Shown: one piece after another, positions 25,000-35,991 of the stretch
How the letters are laid out: every line of letters starts with the position of its first letter
Numbering within the stretch: the first letter of the stretch is position 1
Origin: Mobula hypostoma
Lineage: Eukaryota
DNA: 64,000 nt
Assembly (NCBI RefSeq): GCF_963921235.1
Contig: NC_086097.1
Location: 35,280,001-35,344,000, forward strand
Reading direction: 5' to 3'
Made by a program: the position numbers and the translations under genes
The notes under the pieces: generated by a model
What the model saw: the letters and a program-made list of their open reading frames with translations, nothing else
The model's database searches: none
What the model was told of the DNA's origin: nothing

Positions 25000-25035
25000 A
25001 GTCCTGACGAAGGGTCTCGGCCTGAAACGTCGACT
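25000..25035 (+). ncRNA. Minimal type I hammerhead ribozyme (PLE-associated)
   Basis: agtc-ctgacga-agg(gtctcgg)cct-gaaa-c-gtc-gact; predicted cleavage after GUC at 25031. Confidence 0.85.
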
Positions 25036-26603
25036 GCAGCTCTTCCTACAGAGTTTAGAGTAAAATGCGCTGAAATGATAATTTATTTCTAAATAATCAG
25101 TTGTCTTATCACCATTAGCTTTGCACATTTCTTTAATCTGCTGTTTATCTATAAAGGTTTTAATCTGATCAGCCAATAATTTACCTGTTTTGAATATAAA
25201 ATTGTCTTTTTATCTTTTAGGAGTTGGGTTTCAATTGGATAAGTTAAAAGGAGATCATATTTCATTTTAGTTTCAACACGTCTTTTATATAAGGCAGGTT
25301 CTGGCGCCAAGGCATACTCTTGGTCTAACTGTTTCAGCCGATTAGCTAAATCACTTCTCTCTTTATTAGCTTTTTTCTTAATACTTGCAGTATAAGAAAT
25401 AATTTGTCCTCTAATATATGCCTTAAAGGCATCCCACCTGATAAGACTAGAAATCTCCTCTAATGTATTAACTTTAAAAAAAAAGTAATTTGACTCTCCA
25501 TAAACTTTAAAAAATCTTTATCAGATAACAAAGTTAGATTAAATCACCAAAATCTATTTGTTTGAAGAAGACCAGGGAGACTTAAAGATAGAAACACAGG
25601 AGCATGATCTGAAACAGCAATCTCTTTATATTCACAGGATCGAACTGATGAAATCATTTAGCTATCAATAAAAAAAATCAATCCTTGAATGTGTATGATG
25701 GACATGAGAGAAAAATGAATATTCCTTGTCTACTGAATGAAAAAAAACACCAAGCATCAACAATACCACATTTCATTAAAAAAGATTAATAAACACAGCT
25801 GATTTATTTGGTATCATTGGTTTAGAAGATGAACGATCTAAAACTGGATCTAAGCAACAATTAAAGTCTCCACCCATCACCAATGAGTACAGACTTAGAT
25901 CTGGCAAAAATGAAAAAAAAACAATCAAAGAAACCTGGGTCATCTATATTTGGAGCATACGCATTGGCAAATATCATTAATTTGTTGTTTAGTTTCCCTG
26001 ATGCTATAACAAAACTCCCATTAGTATCAGAAATTACTTTATGTCGAACAAAGGGAACTTTATTATCTTTAAGGATCGAAACTCCTCTAGCTTTGGCTTG
26101 AAATGAGGAATGGAAATCAGATTTTCTCCATCGATTGAAAAGGCATGAATTGTCACACTTACGTACATGGGTTTCTTGAAGAAAAACAATTGGTACCTTA
26201 AGTTTTTTAATATAGGCAAAAATCATATCTCTTTTCACAGGGTGATTTAGCCCTTTCCAGTGCGTGAGTGGGCCAGTGAAGGAGTGAAGCTTTGAGGCTT
26301 TGAGTCGAGAGATTCTGGCAGTTTTGGCAGTTGGTCTGTGCAATCAAGTCAATCAAGATTTGAATAGATCAGCAGAAAGCCGTTGATTAGACAATCAAGA
26401 TTTGAATAGCTCAGACTCAGCAGAAAGCAGCTGATTGGGCAGTCGAGGTCAGGTGACCAAACATTTTGAAAAGCTCAAACAGATAAATAGAGGGATAGCT
26501 CAAGCGAAGCGGCCAGTGCGTAAGTGGGATAGTGAAGGAGTGGAGCTTTGAGGCTTTGACGAGAAGAGGTGGAGGACAAGCTAGCTCGCAGTTAGTTTTT
26601 ACA

Positions 26604-27531
26604 ATGTCTCCTGAGACGGTGATGTGCCTCTCATGTGAGATGTGGCAGTCTTGGGGGAATGCCCCTCTCCCGCAGAGTCACATCTGCCAGAAGTGCATAC
26701 AGCTGGGCGATCTGAAAGACGTGTAAGGAATCTGGAGCAGCAACTGGATGACCTTCGACTCATAAGGGAGAATGAGGCAGTCATAGATGAGAGCTACAGG
26801 GAGGTAGTCACACCTAGGCTGTCGGAAGCAGGTCGTTGGGTAACAGTCAGAGGGGGGAAAGCGAAGGTGAGCAGACAGGTAGTGCAGAGCACCCCTGTAG
26901 CCATTCCCCTGAATAATCCTGGATACTGTTGGCAGGGATGACTGACCAGGTGTGAGCCACGGTGGCAGGGCCTCCGGCACTGAGTCTGACCCGGTGGTGC
27001 AGAAGGGTGGGACGGAGAAGAGGAGAGCTGTCGTCATTGGAGACTATAGTCAGGGGAGCAGACAGGAGATTTTGTGGACGTGAGAAGGACACCCGCATGG
27101 TTTGTTGCCTCCCGGGTGCTAGGGTCCGGGATGTCTCTGACTGGGTGCATGACATCCTGGAACGAGAGGGAAAGCAACCAGAAGTCGTGATACATGTTGG
27201 GACCAATGACATAAGCAGGAAGAGGGATGAGGTCCTGAAGTGTGAGTTTCGGGAACTAGGCAGAAGGCTGAAGAACAGGACCTCAAGGGTGGCGTTCTCA
27301 GGATTGCTGCCAGTGCTACGTGACAGAGATGGTAAGAATTGGAGGAGATGGCAGTTGAATGCGTGGCTGAGGAGTTGGTGCAGGGAGCAGGGTTTTAGAT
27401 TTTTAGATCATTGGGATCTCTTCTGGGGAAGGTGGGACCTGTACAGATTGGATGGGTTGCACCTGAACTCAAGGGGGAGCAATGTCCTTGCAGGTAGGTT
27501 TGCTAGCATGGTTCGGGAGAGTTTAAACTAG
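26604..27531 (+). pseudogene. CR1 ORF1 (Cys motif, coiled coil, SGNH esterase-like domain), frameshifted
   Basis: CLSCEMW...HICQKC; LEQQLDDLRLIRE; VIHVGTND...DGLHLN; split over three ORFs. Confidence 0.9.
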
Positions 27532-29957
27532 TTTGTGAGGGGGATGGGACCCAGAGCGATAGAGCAGTGAAAGAAGTGCATGGAGTAAAGCCAGATCTAA
27601 CATACAGAGAGGCTTTGAGGAAAGAGAAGCAGAATAAACGGTGTAAAGACAGTAAGGTAGAAGGGCTGAAATGTGTGTACCTCAATGCAAGAAGCATCAG
27701 GAACAAGGGTGATGAACTGACAGCTTGGATACATACATGGAATTATGATGTAGTGGCCATTACAGAGACTTGGCTGGCACCAGGGCAGGAATGGATTCTT
27801 AATATTCCTGGATTTCAGTGCTTTAAAAGGGATAAAGAGGGCGGAAAAAGGGGAGGAGGGGTGGCATTACTGGTCAGGGATACTATTACAGCTACAGAAA
27901 GGGTGGGTAATGTAGCAGGATCCCCTTTTGAGTCAATATGGGTGGAAGTCAGGAATAGGAAGGGAGCAGTTACTCTACTAGGGGTATTTTATAGGCCCCC
28001 TGGTAGCAGCAGAGATACAGAGGAGCAGATTGGAAGGTAGATTTTGGAAAGGTGCAAAGATAACAGGGTTGTTATCATGGGTGACTTTAACTTCCCTAAT
28101 ATTGATTGGCACCTGATTAGTTCCAAGGGTTTAGATGGGGCAGAATTTGTTAAGTGTGTCCAGGATGGATTCCTGTCACAGTATGTGGACAGGCCGACCA
28201 GGGGGAATGCCATACTAGATCTAGTACTCGGTAATGAACCGGGTCAGGTCACATATCTCTCAGTGGGTGAGCATCTGGGGGACAGTGACCACCGCTCCCC
28301 GTCCTTTATAATTATCATGGAAAAGGATAGAATTAAAGAGGACAAGAAAATTTTTAATTGGGGAAAGGCAAATTATGAGGCTATAAGGCTAGAACTTGCG
28401 GGTGTGAATTGAGATGATGTTTTTTGCAGGGAAATGTACTGTGGACATGTGGTTGATGTTTAGAGATCTCTTGCGGGATATGAGGGATAAATTTGTCCCG
28501 GTGAGGAAGATAAAGAATGGTAGGGTGAAGGAACCATGGGTGACAAGTGAGGTGGAAAATCTAGTCAGGTGGAAGAAGGCAGCATACATGAGGTTTAGGA
28601 AGCAAGGATCAGATGGGTCTATTGGGGAATATAAGGAAGCAAGAAAGGAGCTTAAGAAGGGGCTGAGAAGAGCAAGAAGGGGGCATGAGAAGGCCTTGGC
28701 GAGTAGGGTAAAGGAAAACCCCAAGGCATTCTTCAATTATGTGAAGAAAAAAAGGATGACAGGAGTGAAGGTAGGACCGATTAGAGATAAAGGTGGGAAG
28801 ATGTGCCTGGAGGCTGTGGAAGTGAACGAGGTCCTCAATGAATACTTCTCTTCGGTATTCACCAATGAGAGGGAACTTGATGATGGTGAGGACAATATGA
28901 GTGAGGTTGATGTAATGGAGCATGTTGATATTAAGGGAGAGGAGGTGTTGGAGTTGTTAAAATACATTAGGACAGATAAGTCCCCGGGGCCTGATGGAAT
29001 ATTCCCCAGGCTGCTCCACAAGGCGAGAGAAGAGATTGCTGAGCCTCTGGCTAGGATCTTTATGTCCTCGTTGTCCACGGGAATGGTACCAGAGGATTGG
29101 AGGGAGGTGAATGTTTTTCCCTTGTTCAAAAAAGGTAGTAGGGATAGTCCGGGTAATTATAGACCAGTGAGCCTTACATCTGTGGTGGGAAAGCTGTTGG
29201 AAAAGATTCTTAGAGATAGGATCTATAGGCATTTAGAGAATCATGGTCTGATCAGGGACAGTCAGCATGGCTTTGTGAAGGGCAGATCGTGTCTAACAAG
29301 CCTGATAGAGTTCTTTGAGGAGGTGACCAGGCATATAGATGAGGGTAGTGCAGTGGATGTGATCTATATGGATTTTAGTAAGGCATTTGACAAGGTTCCA
29401 CACAGTAGGCTTATTCAGAAAGTTAGAAGGCATGGGATCCAGGGAAGTTTGGCCAGGTGGATTCAGAATTGGCTTGCCTGCAGAAGGCAGAGGGTGGTGG
29501 TGGAGGGAGTACATTCAGATTGGAGGATTGTGACTAGTGGTGTCCCACAAGGATCTGTTCTGGGACCTCTACTTTTCGTGATTTTTATTAACGACCTGGA
29601 TGTAGGGTAGAAGGGTGGGTTGGCAAGTTTGCAGACGACACAAAGGTTGGTGGTATTGTAGATAGTGTAGAGGATTGTCAAAGATTGCAGAGACATTGAT
29701 AGGATGCAGAAGTGGGCTGAGAAGTGGCAGATGGAGTTCAACCCGGAGAAGTGTGAAGCGGTACACTTTGGAAGGACAAACTCCAAGGCAGAGTACAAAG
29801 TAAATGGCAGGATACTTGGTAGTGTGGAGGAGCAGAGGGATCTCGGGGTACATGTCCTCAGATCCCTGAAAGTTGCCTCACAGGTGGATAGGGTAGTTAA
29901 GAAAGCTTATGGGGTGTTAGCTTTCATAAGTCGAGGGATCGAGATTAAGAGTTGCGA

Positions 29958-32711
29958 TTCAATATTCAGGAGGGATAGACATGAAAGAAAAGGAGGTGGG
30001 GTGGCTTTGCTGGTTAAAGATGAGATTAACGCAATAGAAAGGAAGGACATAAGCCGGGAGGATGTGGAATCAACATGGGTAGAGCTGCGTAACACTAAGG
30101 GGCAGAAGACGCTGGTGGGAGTTGTGTACAGGCCACCTAACAGTAGTAGTGAGGTCGGAGATGGTATTAAACAGGAAATTAGAAATGTGTGCAATAAAGG
30201 AACAGCAGTTATAATAGGTGACTTCAATCTACATGTAGATTGGGTGAACCAAATTGGTAAAGGTGCTGAGGAAGAGGATTTCTTGGAATGTATGCGGGAT
30301 GGTTTTTTGAACCAACATGTTGAGGAACCAACTAGAGAGCAGGCTATTCTAGACAGGGTATTGAGCAATGAGGAAGGGTTAATTAGCAATCTTGTCATGA
30401 GAGGCCCCTTGGGTAAGAGTGACCATAATATGTTGGAATTCTTCATTAAGATGGAGAGTGACATAATTAATTCAGAAACAAAGGTTCTGAACTTAAAGAG
30501 GGGTAACTTTGAAGGTATGAGACGTGAATTAGCTAAGATAGACTGGCAAATGACACTTAAAGGGTTGACGGTGGATATGCAATGGCAAGCATTTAAAGAT
30601 CGCATGGATGAACTACAACAATTGTTCATCCCAGTTTGGCAAAAGAATAAATCGAGGAAGGTAGTGCACCCGTGGCTGACAAGGGAAATTAGGGATAGTA
30701 TCAATTCCAAAGAAGAAGCATACAAATTAGCCAGAAAAAGTGGCTCACCTGAGGACTGGGAGAAATTCAGAGTTCAGCCGAGGAGGACAAAGGGCTTAAT
30801 TAGGAAGGGGAAAAAAGATTGAGAGAAAACTGGCAGGGAACATAAAAACTGACTGTAAAAGCTTTTATAGATATGTAAAAAGTAAAAGACTGGTAAAGAT
30901 AAATGTAGGTCACCTACAGACAGAAACAGGTGAATTGATTATGGGGAGCAAGGACATGGCAGACCAATTGAATAATTACTTTGGTTCTGTCTTCACTAAG
31001 GAGGACATAAATAATCTTCCAGAAATAGTAAGGGACAGAGGGTCCAGTGAGATGGAGGAACTGAGCGAAATACATGTTAGTAGGGAAGTGGTGTTAGGTA
31101 AATTGAAGGGATTAAAGGCAGATAAATCCCCAGGGCCAGATGGTCTGCATCCCAGAGTGCTTAAGGAAGTAGCCCAAGAAATAGTGGATGCATTAGTGAT
31201 AATTTTTCAAAACTCGTAAGATTCTGGACTAGTTCCTGAGGATTGGAGGGTGGCTAATGTAACCCCACTTTTTAAAAAAGGAGGGAGAGAGAAACCTGGG
31301 AATTATAGAGCGGTTAGCCTAACATCAGTAGTGGGGAAACTGCTGGAGTCAGTTATCAAAGATGTGATAACAGCACATTTGGAAAGCGGTGAAATCATCG
31401 GACAAAGTCATCATGGATTTGTGAAAGGAAAATCATGTCTGACGAATCTCATAGAATTTTTTGAGGATGTAACTAGTAGAGTGGATAGGGGAGAACCAGT
31501 GGATGTGGTATATTTGGATTTTCAAAAGGCTTTTGACAAGGGCCTACACAGGAGATTAGCGTGCAAACTTAAAGCACACGGTATTGGGGGTAAGGTATTG
31601 ATGTGGATAGAGAATTGGTTAGCAGACAGGAAGCAAAGAGTGGGAATAAACAGGACCTTTTCAGAATGGCAGGCAGTGACTAGTGGGGTACCGCAAGGCT
31701 CAGTGCTGGGATCCCAGTTGTTTACAATATATATTAATGACTTGGATGAGGGAATTAAATGCAGCATCTCCAAGTTTGTGGATGACACGAAGCTGGGTGG
31801 CAGTGTTAGCTGTGAGGAGGATGCTAAGAGGATGCAGGGTGACTTGGATAGGTTGGGTGAGTGGGCAAATTCATGGCAGATGCAATTTAATGTGGATAAA
31901 TGTGAAGTTATCCACTTTGGTGGCAAAAATAGGAAAACAGATTATTATCTGAATGGTGGCCGATTAGGGAAAGGGGAGGTGCAACGAGACCTGGGTGTCA
32001 TTATACACCAGTCATTGAAAGTGGGCATGCAGGTACAGCAGGCGGTGAAAAAGGCGAATGGTATGCTGGCATTTATAGCGAGAGGATTCGAGTACAGGAG
32101 CAGGGAGGTACTACTGCAGTTGTACAAGGCCTTGGTGAGACCACACCTGGAGTATTGTGTGCAGTTTTGGTCCCCTAATCTGAGGAAAGACATACTTGCC
32201 ATAGAGGGAGTACAAAGAAGGTTCACCAGATTGATTCCTGAGATGGCAGGACTTTCATATGAAGAAAGACTGGATGAACTGGGCTTGTACTCGTTGGAAT
32301 TTAGAAGATTGAGGGGGGATCTGATTGAAACGTATAAAATCCTAAAGGGATTGGACAGGCTAGATGCAGGAAGATTGTTCCCAATGTTGGGGAAGTCCAG
32401 AACAAGGGGTCACAGTTTGAGGATAAGGGGGAAGCCTTTTAGGACTGAGATTAGGAAAAACTTCTTCACACAGAGAATGGTGAATCTGTGGAATTCTCTG
32501 CCACAGGAAACAGTTGAGGCCAGTTCATTGGCTATATTTAAGAGGGAGTTAGATATGGCCCTTGTGGCTACGGGGATCAGGGGGTATGGAGGGAAGGCTG
32601 GTGCAGGGTTCTGAGTTGGATGATCAGCCGTGATCATAATAAATGTCGGTGCAGGCTGGAAGGGCCGAATGGCCTACTCGTGCACCTATTTTCTGTTTCT
32701 ATGTTTCTATG
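29958..32711 (+). mobile_element. 5'-truncated CR1 LINE nested in the 26257-33269 CR1
   Basis: APE to RT to C-terminus (ORFs up to 30822, 30935-31219, 31250-32614); tail (tttctatg)n; the host peptide IEIKSCD/VMMQL rejoins on removal. Confidence 0.95.
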
Positions 32712-33736
32712 TAATGATGCAGCTCTGTAAAACTCTGGTTAGGCCACACTTGGAGTACTGTGTCCAGTTCTGGTCACCTCACTATAGGAAGGATGTGGAA
32801 GCATTGGAAAGGGTACAGAAGAGATTTAGCAGGATGCTGCCTGGTTTAGAAAGTATGCATTATGATCAGAGTTTAAAGGAGCTCGGGCTTTACTCTTTGG
32901 AGAGAAGGAGGATGAGAGAAGATATGATAGAGGTGTACAAGATAATAAGAGGAATAGATAGAGTGGATAGCCAGCGCCTCTTCCCCAGGGCACCACTGCT
33001 CAAAACAAGAGGACATGGCTTTAAGGTAAGGGGTGGGAAGTTCAAGGGGGTTATTAGACAAAGGTTTTTCACTCAGAGAGTGGTTGGTGCGTGGAATGCA
33101 CTGCCTGAGTCAGTGGTGGAGGCAGATACACTGGTGAAGTTTAAGAGACTACTAGACAGGTATATGGAGGAATCTAAGGTGGGGGCTTATATGGGAGGCA
33201 GGGTTTGAGGGTCGGCACAATATTGTGGGCCGAAGGGCCTGTACTGTGCTGTACTATTCTATGTTCTATAAAACTAAGTAAATTAATACTTTGATCCATT
33301 TTAAAACTATTTATAAGAAAGGTTAAAGTAGCAATCAGAAAAATGTATATTAAACCCAAATAATAAACCTTGAGATATATTAGCTTATCAACAGAATTGA
33401 CTAGATTCCCAAATCAGCTTCAAGAAAAAAGAGCTCCCCCATCCCCCTCCCTCCTCCCAAAGAGAGAAACTCGGTCAAAGAACAACCGCTATCTACCTCC
33501 CCTAAACATCCTCCCTTAGAAAGCCTGTTGGAACTGCTCCAACGAATTCAAGGTTATTTACTGATCCAACCAAGACTAAATAATATACAGTGAAAAATAA
33601 GCTTAGACAGGTTTATCAAACAGAAATAGCAATTATTTATACTGAAAAATATTAAACAGTAATTTTTAAAAAATATGTAGTATTTCTGTTTTTGCAAGAT
33701 TTCTAATCAATTCAGTATATGTATACAGTCATTTTC

Positions 33737-34483
33737 TCAGTCTAAAAATTCTTGTGCCTGCTCCTTCGTATAAAACCATTTAAATGATCCATCTTCCATT
33801 GTAATTCTCAGTCGAGCCGGAGAACGAAGAGAGAGTTTAAAATTTTGACTGTATAGCTCCGCCATAACATTCTTAAACTTAACACGTTCTGCCATAACTT
33901 CTGATGAAAAATATTTAACAATACGAATCTTTTGATCTTGGTAGTCAATCATACCTTTTCGACGGGCAGCACGAATCAGATGATCCTTTATTTGAAATTC
34001 ATGGAAACATGTAATGACTGATCTTGGTTTTGATTTTGAAGTCGATCCGCAGATAGGTGACCTGTGGGCACGATCAATCAAAGGCAGAGACTTTATAATA
34101 TCAGGGAATAATTCCATCAAAAGGTCTGCAAAGACTTCTTTAGGATTATCTCCTTCCGTTTGTTCTTTAAGTCCCAAGATTCGTAAGTTGTTCCTCCTAC
34201 TTCTGTTTTCCAAATCAATAATCTTCTGTCTCATTATTTTGTAGGACTTGGATTGTTCTTCATACAGTTTTAGCAAATCATCCATTCTCTCGTCCAGTAA
34301 AATAATAACATCTTCCTGTTCCTTCATCTTCTTATCATGTTCAGTTAGAATTGCTTGAATATCTTCTAGTTTCGTACCTATTTCTTTAATTTCGGTGCTG
34401 ATTTCTTTTCTGAACTGTTGAAACTCCTCAGTAAGCTTTTGAATTGAGCCTGTAATAGCTTCCAAAGCTGCTTTGGTAGTCAT
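33737..34483 (-). CDS. L1 ORF1p (coiled coil, RRM, CTD; Transposase_22-like), uninterrupted 248 aa
   Basis: Heptad-rich N-terminus, DLENRSRRNNLRILGL, IDRAHR, PRSVI, PARLRIT motifs; upstream of ORF2 within the TSD-bounded L1. Confidence 0.9.
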   Translation of the reverse strand: MTTKAALEAITGSIQKLTEEFQQFRKEISTEIKEIGTKLEDIQAILTEHDKKMKEQEDVIILLDERMDDLLKLYEEQSKSYKIMRQKIIDLENRSRRNNLRILGLKEQTEGDNPKEVFADLLMELFPDIIKSLPLIDRAHRSPICGSTSKSKPRSVITCFHEFQIKDHLIRAARRKGMIDYQDQKIRIVKYFSSEVMAERVKFKNVMAELYSQNFKLSLRSPARLRITMEDGSFKWFYTKEQAQEFLD

Positions 34484-35991
34484 AGTAATATAATAACCCG
34501 TCTAACAGTAGTATTTCAAAAGGTTGTAGAGAAAAGTAAGTAAATTAGGAGCACCAGCAAAGAGCTGTTACTCCGTCAGTGACCAGCAGGCAAATCCAAC
34601 AATTTTCATTGTTTTTACATCTCATAACCCTCAGCGACTTCTACAAAAAACATTAATATTGAAGTAAATTCGTGTTTATGTGTTGGATTTGGGGGTTGCT
34701 GTGCCTGTTCTGTTTTTGTTTGTATTTTTTTCAGGGAATTGGGATGGGCGGTGGGGGTTGATGATAGTGCTGCCTTTCTTTTCTTTCTTGGTTTTATGGC
34801 TACCCGGAGAACTGAAGAATTTCAGGGTTGTATACTTTGATAATAGATAAACCTTTAAACCTTTGAATACTTAAACATTTATTTAAAAAAAACTAAAATA
34901 CTTAAATACATAATGAAAAATATAAAACTAATGCAAAGCAGGAAAAAACAGAAGCTATCTTCCCCATTGCTGTACAAACACCTTGAAATCAATGATGTCT
35001 TTGATCCTGACCAGGTAGAGGTTGCAAGAAATAATTTTCCCAAGCTTCGCTGAGAAAACTGAGAAAGACTTGATTCTGCCACTGGGCATGAACTGATAGG
35101 AATGGGCTCTAAAAATTGCCTACAAAGGTCTGCACTGTTAGGCCCTGTGTGGTCCTTAAGTCTATTACAGGTCACCTCTTACTTCAGTGTATATCGCTGT
35201 TCCCCATTTTCAGCAAATTTTGAAAATATCCCCCGTGCATCCAGTTCACTGCTGGTACCAGTCTGGATAAATCGAAGAGTTTTGTTTGATATCAGAAGCT
35301 TATGGTTGTTTAGTACTTGGTAGGGAACTTATTCAGGAATACCAGGTGCAGTGGGATTTACCTGGAGAAGGTTTGGATACCACCAGTTATTCTACCCAAG
35401 GTTCACCTTTGCCGCATCAAAGGTGTCCCAATGAAAGACCAACTTTAAAAGATATTCAGTTCTAGTTCACTAATGTACATCTAAAAGAGTAATAGACTCA
35501 TAACACACGCTTGGTAATGTTACCTAAATGCTTCTGTTTCACTGTGTTTTGGATAAGCAGCCGTTCACTACAATTCTTAAAGTTTTCTACCTCTTAGTTA
35601 ATATTTTATTTATATTCCCATGCGATTTTATTTTTTTTAACAAGAACGTCATTTAGTATTTTTTTCAAATACCTGTTGAAGGTTGATTTGTACAGTGGGA
35701 AATGTCCTCGCTAATCCTCTCCATTGTTTTCTCAGTTTAAACATTTAAAACTATATGTAACAGATATCTATATTGTATAATTAATTACTGTCTATTCTTT
35801 TTAATAAGTATGTTGAGTTTAAAATGATAAATGACTATATATTGAACTAAAAGGATTTAATGAAGTATTGACTGATAATTGATTGTTACATTTGTTTTTA
35901 ACTTTTATAAATACAAAATGTCTTCAATTTTCTTATTTTAAAAGAGATCTAGAAGTCTTGATAAATTGCTGCAGAAACTAAATGGGCTTTC

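Larger units (their letters stand above)
23655..25049. mobile_element. Penelope-like element (PLE): two head-to-head inverted, 5'-truncated pseudo-LTR arms
   Basis: 15-bp TSD agagtttagagtaaa (23640-23654, 25050-25064); 23734-24357 is the reverse complement of 24424-25051; GIY-YIG remnant on both arms; excision restores L1 FSAFYSKLYSFES. Confidence 0.93.
26257..33269 (+). mobile_element. Apparently full-length CR1 LINE inserted at the start of L1 ORF2, itself interrupted by a second CR1
   Basis: 5' UTR 26257-26603; ORF1 from ATG 26604; ORF2 about 27567-29957 plus 32712-33208 (APE, RT with FADD); tail ttctatgttctat. Confidence 0.95.
18937..33299 (-). pseudogene. L1 ORF2 (APE endonuclease, RT, CCHC), fragmented and frameshifted
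   Basis: Starts MDQSINLLS at 33299, resumes KGLNHPVKR near 26256, RT at 22485-23607, ends LWGPFLNYFQNL* at 18937; the protein reads through the Tigger and Penelope sites when those insertions are removed. Confidence 0.88.
18684..34597 (-). mobile_element. Full-length L1-clade LINE (about 5.2 kb of own sequence) interrupted by five nested insertions
   Basis: 10-bp TSD aacaattttc (18674-18683, 34598-34607); AATAAA and purine tail at the 3' end; ORF1 33737-34483; ORF2 pieces APE (FLQETH, GGDFN), RT (YRPISLLNVD, DAKKAFDRVEW, SLYADN), CCHC (CDKC...HMFWTC). Confidence 0.93.

Noticed and set aside
29907..30725. Long antisense ORFs over CR1 copies (also 53065-53586, 31522-31926, 54363-54767)
   Set aside because: Shadow frames of CR1 ORF2 that recur only because the element recurs; no domain signal.
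29704..30822. 372-aa ORF joining post-RT sequence to an APE endonuclease in reversed domain order
   Set aside because: In-frame junction created by one CR1 inserting into another at about 29958; not a novel protein.
34879..35430. Short ORFs next to the L1 5' end as a possible exon or old TE
   Set aside because: Could not match to any protein family; stops in extended frames.
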